Assembly (NCBI GenBank): GCA_030390025.1
Contig: CM059433.1
Location: forward strand, 30,940,001-31,004,000
Length of the DNA: 64,000 bases
Direction of reading: 5' to 3'
Source of the DNA: Squalus acanthias
Lineage: Eukaryota
The notes under the pieces are model-generated. The model was given only the letters and a program-made list of their open reading frames with translations. It made no database searches and was not told the DNA's origin. Both the position numbers and the translations under genes were made by a program. The stretch's first letter is position 1. Every line of letters begins with the position of its first letter. Below are positions 49,975 to 62,339 of the stretch, piece by piece.

Positions 49975-51734
49975 CCTGACTGAGTGGCCACAAAATGAGA
50001 TGAAATCAGTGACAATAGAGCAGATTTTGTGGCGAAGTTGAAAACAATGATTTCAATCTTCAGTTGGAAGAGTCTGTGACTTATCTATGACTTGTTTAAA
50101 GTCAGAACAGAGTAATCTCCTAAATTGTTGCCCAAACCAGCCCAAGAAGAGACAAATGCTATGAACCAATTTTTCACTGAGCAGTTGACCTGTGTACAGA
50201 TCAGCACCAAGGCAGGATGAATCACTCCTAATTCTGACAGCGAAGACTCGTTAATAGTTGAACCGTAGGGCTGGAGGAGACAGCAAGTCATTGGTATTAA
50301 GTTTTGGATTGCTCCAGCAAAGAGCTGACACAGACGTGATGGGCCAAATGGCTTTCTGTGCTGTAAGGGGAGAAGAGTGGTCCGATTTCACCAGGATTCT
50401 CAGCATGTGATGCTTAAACAGGGGGCTGAGATAGCAAGCTTCTCGTCCACTTATTCACGGATGACTTTCAGAGATGAGCACAGTGTTCAATCTGAGCACT
50501 ATTATGGTCTGTGCTAATGCATCTCAGCACTAATAATGATCACCTGACATCTTTTCTCAGACAATGTGAACATAATAGTTGAAAGGAACAAAGCGGAAAT
50601 ATGTTAGATATGGCAACACTCTTTCCCACTTTCGTTTCATGCCCTCTTTTTATTTTATTTGCCAGGTTTATTTGAGACTCTTTAGAAAGGCCAGATTTCA
50701 ACAGACTGCCTCTAAAGCGTTACTAGGGCTAACTTAAGAAGAATAAGGTTCTGTTTTAAAAACTGTGAAATTGAACCAACACTTTCGCAGCAAAAAAAAT
50801 GATGGAACCCAAAGTATTTTCACCTTCAAGTGGAAAAATTCAATAAGTTAGCTGCTTTTGATGCCAAATTGTATGAAATTCGAAGGCGTGATTTCTGCAT
50901 AAATTTACATATTTGTTGTAGTGTGGGAAAATTGTGATGATGAAGTGTTGGTGGGACTGATATGCAAAAATCGCGTAAAAACGTACTTTCAATAGATGTG
51001 GAAATTTTAGTCTACGAGACATATGGAAATTCCCATTATAAAATGCAACGATCTCGAAGCCTTCAGTGCTTGGAGAATAATTTATTTCCAGTCATAGTGA
51101 AACGGCATTGTTCTCTTGGTAAACTCTTTTCAAAAGAACATTATTATCTGAGCAATGATACTCGACATCACTGATGAGATAACTACCGTAACTGGAAATG
51201 AAAAGATAAAGAAGCAGTGCCCTGACTAACTCAAATATAAACATGTCTCATTATAGTACAAGCAGACACAATATATTACTTACCGACCTTTACTTTATGG
51301 CAGGTTGTAATACTATTCAAATTTTTTTGAAAATTAAGTTGTATTCATGCAACTCATGATATACTCTATTTAGGATGATATGAATTTTGCAATTTAATGA
51401 AATGTTTATGACTATTTAATATTATATTGATCGTTCCCTGAAATGCCAGCAGAGCTTCATTATGTGTGGTGAACTGCATGCATTTGACATTCTGGTCTCT
51501 TTCCCACTTCAGTCTGTGACTCAGAGGTTATTTTGCTGCATTGCTTCTGTGTTGCAGCAATTATAACTTGGTACAAAGAGATTGGGTGTCAATGTCAAAT
51601 AGAAATAAAGGTAGATAGGCAGAAGTTATCCTAATTGGGCGGGGGCGCAATTTTGGAGTGGGCGGGCGGGGGGTGGGGGGGGGGGCGTAATTTAGGAGCG
51701 AATCCAAATCCAATGGTTTTCTGCCTCTTTTAAA

Positions 51735-52115
51735 ATCCACAAAAATCTAGGCTGGCGCTGCAGTGCAGTGCTGAGGGAGTGCCACACTGTTGGAGGTGCC
51801 ATCTTTCGGATGAAACGTTAAACCGAGGCCCCTTCTGCCATCTCAGGTGGACGTAAAAGATCCCACGGCACTATTTCGTAAAAGAGCAGGGGAATTCTCC
51901 CTGGTGTCCTGGCCAATATTTATCTCTCAACCAATATCACTAGAACAGATTTTCTGGTCATTATCACACTGCTGTTTATGGGACATTGCTGTGCGCAAAT
52001 TGGCTGCCACGTTTTTCCTACATTACAACAGTGACTACACTTCAAAAGTATTTAATTGGCTGTAATGCTGAGATTGTGAAAGGCTCTATATAAATGCAAG
52101 CTCTTTCTTTCTTTA
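51735..52115 (+). mobile_element. SacSINE1-like SINE
   Basis: Deu body plus a tail ending ctttctttcttt. Confidence 0.85.
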
Positions 52116-52479
52116 GATTGTGTGGAGTTCTATGTACTATCAACACATTATACATTATACATTAGTACAGTCGATAGGACATAGGAACAGGACTAGGCCA
52201 TACAGACTAATGTGAATCAGCTCAAATGTCCACAGTGTATCTGTGTCTGCATGTATCAAATGAGAACATTATCTCAGCTGATGAAACCATTTTTGTGACA
52301 CTAGATTGAAAATATTGGGTAGAGTTTAAAGCAGAATGAGAATTTCTATTAGGCAAACATTTCAGCAGTGCATCTATTAACTCAGACGCCCTAAGATGAC
52401 TTCTCTGTAATGAAACAAATTAAAGATGTTTCTGCAAGGGCTCAGGGGCCTCTGGTTTGTTATTTTTTTTTAAATGTTT

Positions 52480-52885
52480 GGAAGAAAGAAAGGAAAACAG
52501 AGGGCTAGAGGTTGGCTAGCAGCGGGCACAGGGAACGATCCCAGATTCGGAACGGATAGGCCCGAGGCACACTCGATATTGGGGCCTCGGGTTCTCATTT
52601 GCATGAGCTGCCTGCGGATATCAAATTTGAGCCGCTGCGTCGCCGACAGCGACCGTCAGGTAGACCCTGAATGAAGTGGAGAAGCGATCAGAGCGGGACA
52701 TGTGGGTGGGGTGGGGGGAGGGGTGGTGTGAGCGGGAGATGGGCCATGGACGCCTCTTGTTCTGCCTTTACCAATGTGGCGCACCTCTGGCGCGTATTGA
52801 GCGCACGCACCCCGCCCGCTATATTGGATGCTTAGGTGTCAGTTTTGCACCTGAAAAACGAGCGCGCATCATCAAATTTCTAGGC
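52480..52885. mobile_element. Harbinger-type MITE, right part
   Basis: End AAATTTCTAGGCC; similar to 10190-10361. Confidence 0.5.
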
Positions 52886-53124
52886 CAGAATGTGCAGGAC
52901 AGTCTAGACCCAGGAGAATGCAACTTACTGATGTACTGCGTTAGACAAACTCTGCTTTGTCATACTTCTAAATGAATATGTCAGTGAAGCATAGTTAATG
53001 CTAGTTTCTAAGTATATCTACATGTATGTTTTAACCCAGTTAGGAATCAAGTACAAAGAGAAATTCTCCACGCCATCATTTTCTCTATTGATACTCGTCC
53101 ACCTGAACAATAATTGCTTCTCAC

Positions 53125-53384
53125 CCAGCTGGCAGATGCAGAGAGCAGTCCCGTTGCTTTGCGTGATGCAGGTGGAATTGCTTCTGCATGGGCTGTAGGG
53201 GAAGTCACAGGGATCGTACCGCTGCTCACACAGGTCACCAGTGAAGAATGGAGGGCAGATGCATTCAAATTTCCCAGGGACGGCAGGTTCAAAACAGGTG
53301 GCACCATTCCGGCAGGGATTGGAATCACATTCATTCACGTCCTCTGTGCACTCTGACCCTCTCCAGCCTGGACTACACGTGCAG
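53125..53384 (-). CDS. EYS: EYS internal coding exon, 260 bp (EGF repeats; matches my recollection of human exon 16)
   Basis: Acceptor tttcgacAG|CTGC and donor CTGG|GTGAGA. Translates CTCSPGWRGSECTEDVNECDSNPCRNGATCFEPAVPGKFECICPPFFTGDLCEQRYDPCDFPYSPCRSNSTCITQSNGTALCICQL(G), which aligns by memory with human EYS CECTSGWTGQNCSEEINECDSDPCMNGGLCHESTIPGQFVCLCPPLYTGQFCHQRYNLCD. Phase 2 to 1. Confidence 0.93.
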
Positions 53385-53494
53385 CTGTCGAAACATATTA
53401 AAAATAAAGATTATTAGTTCAATGAATCACTTGGCAATGGATAGCCATATTACAGTCCCTTACAATAACTCAAGACGTTAAATGTTCCGACAGT

Positions 53495-54685
53495 GTGAGG
53501 TGAGATGAGAGTGACTGCCCTTGACATCAAGGCAGCATTTGACTGAGTCTGGCATCAAGGAGCCCTAGTAAAACTGAAGTCAATGGGAATCGGGGGGAAA
53601 ACGCTCCACTGGCTGGAGTCATACCTAGCACAAAGGAAGATGGTTGTGGAGGTTGAAGATCAATCATCACAGCCCCAGGGCATCGCTGCAGGAGTTCCTC
53701 AGGGCAGTTTCCAAGGCCCAACCATCTTCAGCTGCTTCATCAATGACCTTCCCTCCAACATAAGGTTAGAAATGGGGATGTTCGCTGATGAGTGCACAGT
53801 GTTCAGCACCAGTCACAACTCCTCAGATAATGAGGCAGTCCATGCCCGAATGCAGCAAGACCTGGACAACGTTCAGGCTTGGGCTGATAAGTGGCAGGTA
53901 ACATTCGCGCCACAAAAGTGCCAGGCAATGACTATCTCCAACAAACGAGAGTCTAACCACATCCCCTTGACATTCAATGGCATTACCATCGCCGAATCCC
54001 CCACTATCAACATCCTGGGGTCACCATTAACCAGAAACTTAACTGGACCAGCCACATAAATACTGTGGCTACAAGAGCAGGTCAGAGGCTAGGTATTCTG
54101 CGGCGAGTGTCTCACCTCCTGACTCCCCAAAGCCTTTCCACCATCTACAAGGCAAAAGTCAGGAATGTGATGGCATACTCTCCACTTGCCTGGATGAGTG
54201 CAGCTCCAACAACACTCAAGAAGCTCGACACCATCCAGGACAAAGCAGCCCGCTTGATTGGCACCCCATCCACCACCTTAAACATTCACTCCCTCCACCA
54301 CCGGCGTACCGTGGCTGCAGTGTGTACCATCTACAGATGCACTGCAGCAATTCACCAACGCTTCTTCGGCAGCACCTCCCAAACCCACGACCTCTTCCAC
54401 CTAGAAGGACAAGGGCAGCAGGCACATGGGAACACCACCACCTTCAAGTTCCCCTCCAAGTCACACACCATCCTGACTTAGAAGTATATCGCCGATCCTT
54501 TATTGTCGCTGGGTCAAAATCCTGGAACTCCCTACCTAACAGCACTGTGGGAGTACCTTCACCACACGGACTGCAGCGGTTCAAGAAGGCGGCTCACCAC
54601 CACCTTCTCAAGGGCAACTAGGGATGGGCAATAAATGCTGGCCTTGCCAGCGATGCCCAGATCCCACAAACAAATTTAAAAAAAA
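53495..54685 (+). mobile_element. Single-ORF APE-RT LINE, 5'-truncated
   Basis: ALDIKAAFD, GVPQGS and MFADE motifs; poly-A tail. Confidence 0.93.
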
Positions 54686-55237
54686 GTGTTTCAGGCACCC
54701 TTACTAAAATGGAACTTATATGAAAGATCTAGTACACCAAACCACAACTGAGAAGCTCCGCCGATATTTAATTTAGCAATGGAAGACAAAATATTTCAAT
54801 TTAAAGATAACATAAAAATGTTGAATATAACATTAGTTTTTTTTTACTCCATTAAGCACTAAAAGGATGCATTGTTCAAAAGCTCGAACGCTCGCTAGTT
54901 GCAAGCGGAATACAAAATGTATGCTTCTTTCTTTCAATTAAAATCTTCATCTGGAACAGGAGACCTATATCATTTGACATATTTCCAAGATCTTCTCGTC
55001 AGTGCGGTTTTGACTCAAACACTCCCATTGGTGGCATTGTAATTTTCAGATATAAATGCCCAAATGGCACAAACATTGCTTCTATGCCCTGTATCAGGAG
55101 GTAGCAGCAATGATTTGACTGCTTGCTGCATGTGGTAACTCTACACTAACCTAATTTCAACATTAATGGAGTATTAAATTGACAATAATTCACAAGAAAA
55201 AAAAAATGTATAAAAAAAAAACAGGTTGAGGTTCAAA

Positions 55238-55730
55238 TCATAGAATCTTACAGCAGAGAAGAAGACCATTCGGCCTCTCGCGCCTGTGCCGGCTCTTTGA
55301 AAGAGCTATCTAATTAGTTTCACGCCCCTGCTCTTTCCCCATAGCCCTACAATTTTTTTTCCTTTTCAAGTATTTATCCAATTTCCTTTCGAAAGTTACT
55401 ACTGAATCTGCTTCCACCACCCTTTCAGACAGTGCAGTCCAGATCACAACAACTTGCTGTTGAAAAAAAATTCACTTCATCTCCCCATTTGGCAATTACC
55501 TTAAATCTGTGTCCTCTGGTTACCGACCCTTCTGCGCTGGAAACAGTTTCTCCTTATTTACTCTATCAAAACCCTTCATAATTTTGAACGCCTCTAACAA
55601 ATCTCCTCTTAACCTTCTCTGTTCTAAGGAGAACAATCCCAGCTTCTCTCGTCTCTCCATGTAACTGAAGTTTTTCATCCCTGGTATCAGTCTACTAAAA
55701 CCCCTCTTCACCCTCTCCAAGGCCTTGACA
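55238..55730 (-). mobile_element. CR1 3' fragment
   Basis: [15 protein letters not shown]. Confidence 0.88.
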
Positions 55731-56667
55731 ATCTCTAAATGAATGTCCCCTGTTGCACTTACTGATCATCTACAATTGTGATCGTTTTTTTTTCTGTAGT
55801 TTAGGGATTGTTTTCCCTGCATGAATCACCTAATGTAATCCCACTCTCCTGTTCATTCCCAAAACACTTGAATCTTCACCCTTTTTCAAGCAACTATCCA
55901 CTTAGCTTTGAAAAGAATTAATGGATTCTGTTCCCACAATGGTTTGTGGCAGTGAGTTCCACACTCTAACCACCTTGGACTAGATATTCATCATCACCCG
56001 CTAGGTGGTAATATGGCAGAAGAGTTTGCCCACCTTTGGAATGAAAATCAAGTGGGTTCTATAAAGGGCGGGCCGTCCACTCTGCCAGATCATAACCCAG
56101 GCAGTGAAGACAAAAGTCTTCAGTATAAAGAAGGTTTCTTTCTAACTTCCCTTTTGATACATTTTTTGATTATCTTAGACTCATGTCCTCTCATTACCAT
56201 CTCGCAGAGCAGTGAAAACAATCTATTCACATTTACTTAGTTATTTGTCCCCCTCATTTTGCTATGGTGGATTTGTAGTTCATATTAAAGTTGTCAAGGA
56301 GATTGTGGGAATTCTATTTGAGGTCAACAATCCCAGGGAAGTTCAATATTTCAGTGGAAAATCCATTCTGGATATTTTTTTTGAAGTGAGTTTTGACACC
56401 ACCGTGTCACGCGATGAGTTGGAGGCGGGGTGGGACTTATGGCAAGACTCACAGCAAACAGTCTACTTTACAGCAAACAAAGTCTATTTACTCAGCAAAC
56501 AGCGTCTGCTTAAACAGCGTACTACAGCAAATAGTCTACAGAGTCTATTTAAACAGAGTCTCTACAAACTACAGCAAACAGAACTCATGACTGAAACTAC
56601 AGTAACGTTTCCTGTTAAAAGCCGGATGATTTCTCCAACAAAATGCAATGAGGGGAGGATAGTTTAA

Positions 56668-59600
56668 GGAGAACAGTAGCATCGTGGTTATGTTATTGGA
56701 CTGGTAATCCAGAGGCCTAGACGAATGACCCAGGGACATGAGTCAAATCTCACCACGACAGCTGGGGAATTTAAATTCAGTTAATTAAATAAATCTGGAA
56801 TAAAAAGTAAGTATTAGGAATAGTGGCCATGAAACTATCGGATTGTTGTAAAAACCCATCTGGTTCACTAATGTCAGTCCTTACCTGGTCTGGCCTATAT
56901 ATAACTCCAGACCCACAGCAATGCGGTTGACTCTTAACTGCCCTCTGAAATGACCGAGCAAGCCACTCAGTTGTGCACAACCGCTATAAAAAACAATAAT
57001 CAGAATAAAACCAGACAGACCACCTGTCATCGACCTCGGCACCGGCTTCGGATATGACAACGGCACATCCAGCCCAGTCGATCCTGCAAAGACCTTCTCA
57101 TGAACATCTAGGGACTTGTGCCAAAATTGGGAGAGCTGTCCTGCAGACTAGTCAACCAACAGCCTGACATAGTCATACTCACAGAATCATACCTTTCAGC
57201 CAAGGTCCCAGACTCCTCCATCACCATCCCTGGGTATATCCTGTCCCACTGGCAGGACAGACCCACCAGAGGTGGCGGCACAGTGGTATACAGTCGGAAG
57301 GGAGTGGCCCTGGGAGTCCTCAACATTGACTCTGGACCCCATGAAGTCTCATGGCTTCAGGTTAAGCACGTACAAGGAAACCTCCCGCTGATTACCACCT
57401 ACCGCCCTCGCTCAGCTGATGAATCAGTACTCCTCCATTTTGAACACCACTTGAAAGAAGCACTGAGAGTAGCAAGGGCACAGAATGTGTACTCTGGGTG
57501 GGGGACTTCAATGTCCATCACCAAGAGTAGCTTGGTAGCACCACTACTGGCCGAGTCCTGAAGGACATAGTTGCCAGACTAGGACTGCGGCAGGTGGTGA
57601 GAGAACCAACACGAGGGAAAAACCTACTTGACTTCGTCCTCACCAATCTGCCTGTCACAGATGCATCTGTCCATGACTGTATTGTGGAGACGAAGCCCAG
57701 TCTTCACACTGAGGACACCCTCCATCATGTTGTGTGGCACTACCACCATGCTAAATGGGATAGATTCAGAACAGATCTAGCAGCTCAAAACTGGGCATCC
57801 ATGAGGCGCTGTGGGCCATCAGCAGCAACAAAATTCTACTCCACCACAATCTGTAACCTCATGGCCCGGCATATCCTTCACTCTACCATTACCATCAAGT
57901 CAGGGGACCAACCCTGGTTCAATGAGGAGTGTAGAAGAGCATGCCAGGAGCAGCACCAGGCGTACCTAAAAGTGAGGTGCCAACCAGGTGGAAGCTGCAA
58001 CACAGGACTACCTGTATGCTAAACAGCGGAAGTAGCATGCTATAGACAGAGCTAAGCGATCCCACAATCAACGGATCAGATCTATGCTCTGCAGTCCTGC
58101 TACATCCAGTCGCGAACGGTGGTGGACAATTAAACAACTAACGGGAGGGGGAGGCTCCATGAATATCCCCATCCTCAATGATGGCGGAGCCCAGCACGCG
58201 AGTGCAAAAGACAAGGCTGAAGCGTTTGCAACCATCTTCAGCCAGAAATGCCGAGCGGATGATCCATATCCACCTCCTCCTGAGGTCCCCACCATCACAG
58301 AAGCCAGTCTTCATCCAATTCGATTCACTACCCGTGATATCAAGAAACAGCTGAGCGCACTGGATACAGCAAAGGCTTTGGACCCTGACAACATCCCAGC
58401 TGTCGTGGTGAAGACTTGTGCTCCAGAACTAGCCGTGCCTCTAGCCAAGCTGTTCCAATACAGCTATAACACTGGCATCTATCCGACAATGTGGAAAACT
58501 GCCCACAAAAAGCAGGACAAATCCAATCAGGCCAATTACCACCCCATAAGTCTACTCTCAATCATCAGCAAAATGATGGAAGGTGTCGTCGACAGTGCTA
58601 TCAAGCGGCACTTACTCACCAATAACCTGCTCACTGATGCTCAGATTGGGTTCCGCTAGGACCACTCGGCTCCAGACCTCATTACAGCCTTGATCCAAAC
58701 ATGAATTCCAGAGGTGAGGTGAGAGTGGCTGCCCTTGACATCAAGACAACATTTGACCGAGTGTGGCATCAAGGAGCCCTAGTAAAACCGAAATCAATGG
58801 GAACCAGGAGGAAAACTCTTCACTGGCTGGAGTCATACCTAGCACAAAGGAAGATGGTTGTAGTTGTTGGAGGTCAATCATCTCAGCCCCAGAACATCAC
58901 TGCAGGAGTTCCTCAGGGCAGTGTCCTGGGCTCAACCATCTTCAGCTGTTTCATCAATGACCTTCCTGCCATCATAAGGTCAGAAGTGGGGATGTTCGCT
59001 GATGATTGCACAGTGTTCAGTTCCATTTGCAACTCCTCAGATAATGAAACACTCCATGCCAGAATGCAGCAAGACCTGGATGACATTCAGGCTTGGGCTG
59101 ATAAGTGGCAAGTAACATTCACGCCACACAAGTGCCAGGCAATGTCTATCTCCGATAAGTGAGAGTCTAACCACCACCCCATGACATTCAACGGCATTAC
59201 CATCGCCGAATCCCCCACCATCAATATCCTGGGGGTCACCATTGACCAGAAACCTAACTGGACCAGCCACATAAATACTGTGGCTACAAGAGCAGGTCAG
59301 AGGCTAGGTATTCTGTGGTGAGTGTCTCACCTCCTGACTCCCCAAAGCCTTTCCACCATCTACAAGGCACAAGTAAGGAGTGTGATGGAATACTCTCCAC
59401 TTGCCTGGATGAGTGCAGCTCCAACAACACTCAAGAAGCTCGACACCATCCAGGACAAAGCAGCCCGCTTTAACGGCACCCCATCCACCACCTTAAACAT
59501 TCACTCCCTCCACCACCGGCGTACCGTGGCAGCAACTCGCCAAGGCTTCTTCGGCAGCACCTCCCAAACCCGCGACCTCTACCACCTAGAAGGACAAGGG

Positions 59601-59869
59601 CAGCAGGCACATGGGAACACCACCACCTCCAAGTTCCCCTCCAAGTCACACACCATCCTGACTTAGAAATATATCGCCGCTTCTCCATCGTCGCTGGGTC
59701 AAAATCCTGGAACTCCCTCCCTAACAGTACTGTGGGAGTACCTTCGCCATAAGGACTGCAGTGGTTCAAGAAGGTGGCTCACCACCACCTTCTTGAGGGC
59801 AATTAGGGATGAGCAATAAATGCTGGCCTTGCCAGTGACACCCACATTCCAGGATTGATTAAAAAAAAA
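56668..59869 (+). mobile_element. Near full-length single-ORF non-LTR retrotransposon (APE endonuclease plus RT) with a tRNA-like 5' head; ORF disrupted
   Basis: NI*GLVPK, DIVILTESYL, RGGGTVVY, TTYRP, PTRGKNLLD, NYHPISLLS, FDRVWH, GVPQGS and MFADD motifs; no ORF1; poly-A end. Confidence 0.9.
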
Positions 59870-60007
59870 GTTACATAATACAAATAATGTGTATATAGTC
59901 AATCCCAGTCACTAAGCCTCTAAGCGTGATTGGCGCGGGAATTACCCAAGCATCGCCATTCTAGCCAGAAATAGTTGTTCACTAAATGCAGCCATTTAAA
60001 AATAAAT

Positions 60008-60380
60008 GTTTTCAGGCTGGGGACATCATTGGCAAGGCCGGCATATATTGCCCATCCCTAGTTGCCCTGAGTTTGATATGACTGAGGGGCTCGATAGGCT
60101 ACTAAAGAGGGCAGCTAAGAGTAAACCAGTGTGAGACTGGAGTCACATATAGGCCAGACCGTGTAAGGATGGAAGGTTTCCTTCCCTAAAGCATATTGGT
60201 GAACCAGTTGGGTTTTTATGACAACCTGACAGCTTCATAGTCACTTTTACTGACACCAGCTTTTTATTTCCTGATTTAAAAAAAAACTGAACTCAAAATC
60301 TGAAACTACCATGGTGGGATTTGAACTCACGTTCTTTGTATTATTAGTATCAGTAACATAACCACTATGCTGCCGCATCC
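60008..60380 (-). mobile_element. tRNA-headed SINE: head and body of 56668-56975 fused to the tail of 59795-59869
   Basis: Reverse complement reads gcagcatagtggttatgttact...aaaaacccaactggttcacca...cagggcaactagggatgggcaatatatgccggccttgcca. Confidence 0.85.
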
Positions 60381-61119
60381 AATGTATTGTTAGCAATTTT
60401 ACTACTGTCAACGTAGGACTTCAATGTCACATCATGCGAGTTGTCAACATGAAAGGAAAAAGCTGGCTGTTCAAGACAGCCTGAAATTCCCCTGAACCTT
60501 CTCGCATCTTTTAGCAGCCTGTGGGATAATTTGTGGTAACCTCTGAATCATAATAAAAGAAAAAAGCCTTTGCCTCGGGTAGGTTGCTAAAGTACTCAGA
60601 AAGCTCTGGTCTTGCACACCTCAATTATGAACAGAAATTAATCTTGTGAGATTCAGTCGCACAGGAGGATGTGCACATTGCTAATGAATTGTGTGTTACA
60701 ATGCTCCAGTGGTTATATTCCCACCCATTTCTTACTTTAATTCTTATTTAGATTTGAGAAGCATACCGAGGGATTGTTGGAAGATTTTGAAATGGCAAAA
60801 GAAATGAAGTAAAATGTATCAAAGCACACTGCATTACACCCAGAAAATTTATAGATGTAACAGTAATGGTATCACAGATCTACATAATAATTAAAAAAAT
60901 TAGTTTAATTATAGAGATTTCTTATTTATGAACTCCCAAATGAAATTATATATTATAAACATTCATTAATAATTAGTATTTAGGTGACATCAAGCTTGGG
61001 TTTTTAAAGATTGGAAGAGATTGAAAGGTTCGGGGCGGTTTTGGAAGGATGTAGCAAGAGCAGCACGTTTGCATCTTCGAGGAAAGAAAAGATGAAAGTT
61101 TTGAACATTACCGATTATG

Positions 61120-61535
61120 GTGTCAGCCATGGCTCAGTGAGTAGCACTCTCACTATTGAATCCGAAGTTTGTGGGTTTAAGTCCCACACCAGAGACTTGA
61201 GCACATAATCTAGGCTGGCACTCCCAGTGCAGTACTGAGGGAGTGCTGCACTGTCGGAGGTGCCGTCTTTCGGATCGGACGTTAAACTGAAGCCCTGCCT
61301 TCCCTCTAGGGTGGATGTAAAAGAATCCATGACACTATTTCAAAGAAAAGCAGTTCTCTCAGTGGCCTGGCCAATATTTATCTCACAACCAACGCCTAAC
61401 ATCTGTGCTGTTTGTGGGAGCTTGCTGTGCAATGTGTTTCCTACATTGCAACAGTGACTACATTTCAAAAGTACTTCATTAGCTGTAAAGCGCTTTGGGA
61501 CATCCTGAAGTTGTGAAAGGCAAATTCTTTCTTTC
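61120..61535 (+). mobile_element. SacSINE1-like SINE, full length
   Basis: tRNA-like head tggctcagtgagtag...gggtttaagtccc, Deu body and tail. Confidence 0.87.
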
Positions 61536-61683
61536 ATCAATGACCATAGCATCACTGAAAAATAGGGAGAGGCAAGAATGTTGTGATGGGGAAGAGTTGG
61601 AGGCTAGAGATGAGAGCCTACCAGATGACACGTTATTTTCCTTGTAGATATCCAGACTTATGACACAAGAGTTAAAAGAACAT

Positions 61684-61835
61684 AAATAAAAACAGAACAT
61701 GCTGGAAATACTCAGCAGGTCAGGCAGCATCTGTGGAGAGAGAAACAGGGTTAACGTTTCAGGGCGATGACCTTTCGCCAGAACTGGAATTCTGTTTTTA
61801 TTTCAGATTTCTAGCATCTGCAGTATTTTGCTTTT
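61684..61835 (-). mobile_element. Penelope pLTR fragment with inverted junction; hammerhead 61749-61785 has a mutated core
   Basis: CTGGCGA in place of CTGANGA; approximate TSD gagttaaa(a/g)gaa. Confidence 0.78.
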
Positions 61836-62339
61836 GAGTTAAAGGAATATCTCAGGATATGGCAGCAGTACTTAATTCTGAGCCAAATTTAGGTTTTAAG
61901 GAGTCAAAAGCTACACTTGGCATGAAAGAGAAAACTATGCTTCTTGGAAAGAACATTTGCAATGGAAGGAATGTGGGAATTCCGATTGAGGTCAGAGGAG
62001 ATAATGAGGCTGAGAATCCCAATTGGTAAAGGAAGATTCAGGTTGAAGCCTTTCAACGGTAAGAGGTCATAGCTGTTGGTTATAGACTAATGCGAATTGT
62101 CATCATAGAACTGAAAGAAACAAGACATTATTAGGCCCATGAAAGGACATGGATGAGATCAAGATTTAGTGATTAAACTGTTATACTGTGAGTGGACTGG
62201 AGGTTGTTTACACTAAGGGCCTACGATCTGAAGGATATTAATAAAGTTCTCACTGCTTATATTAATGGTGTGAAAGCAATTTGCCCACTATATAAAGTGG
62301 ATGGTAAAATGAGTAGTGCTTTTCAAACATTAATCTTTA

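Noticed and set aside
23232..53384. Notch, Crumbs or fibropellin as the identity of the EGF exons
   Set aside because: The PGKFECICPPFFTG..C.QRY..CD segment and the 260/97/108-bp exon series fit EYS as I recall it; not confirmed by a search.
56212..56667. 151-aa ORF
   Set aside because: No recognisable domain, a non-ATG start, and it runs through a low-complexity repeat.
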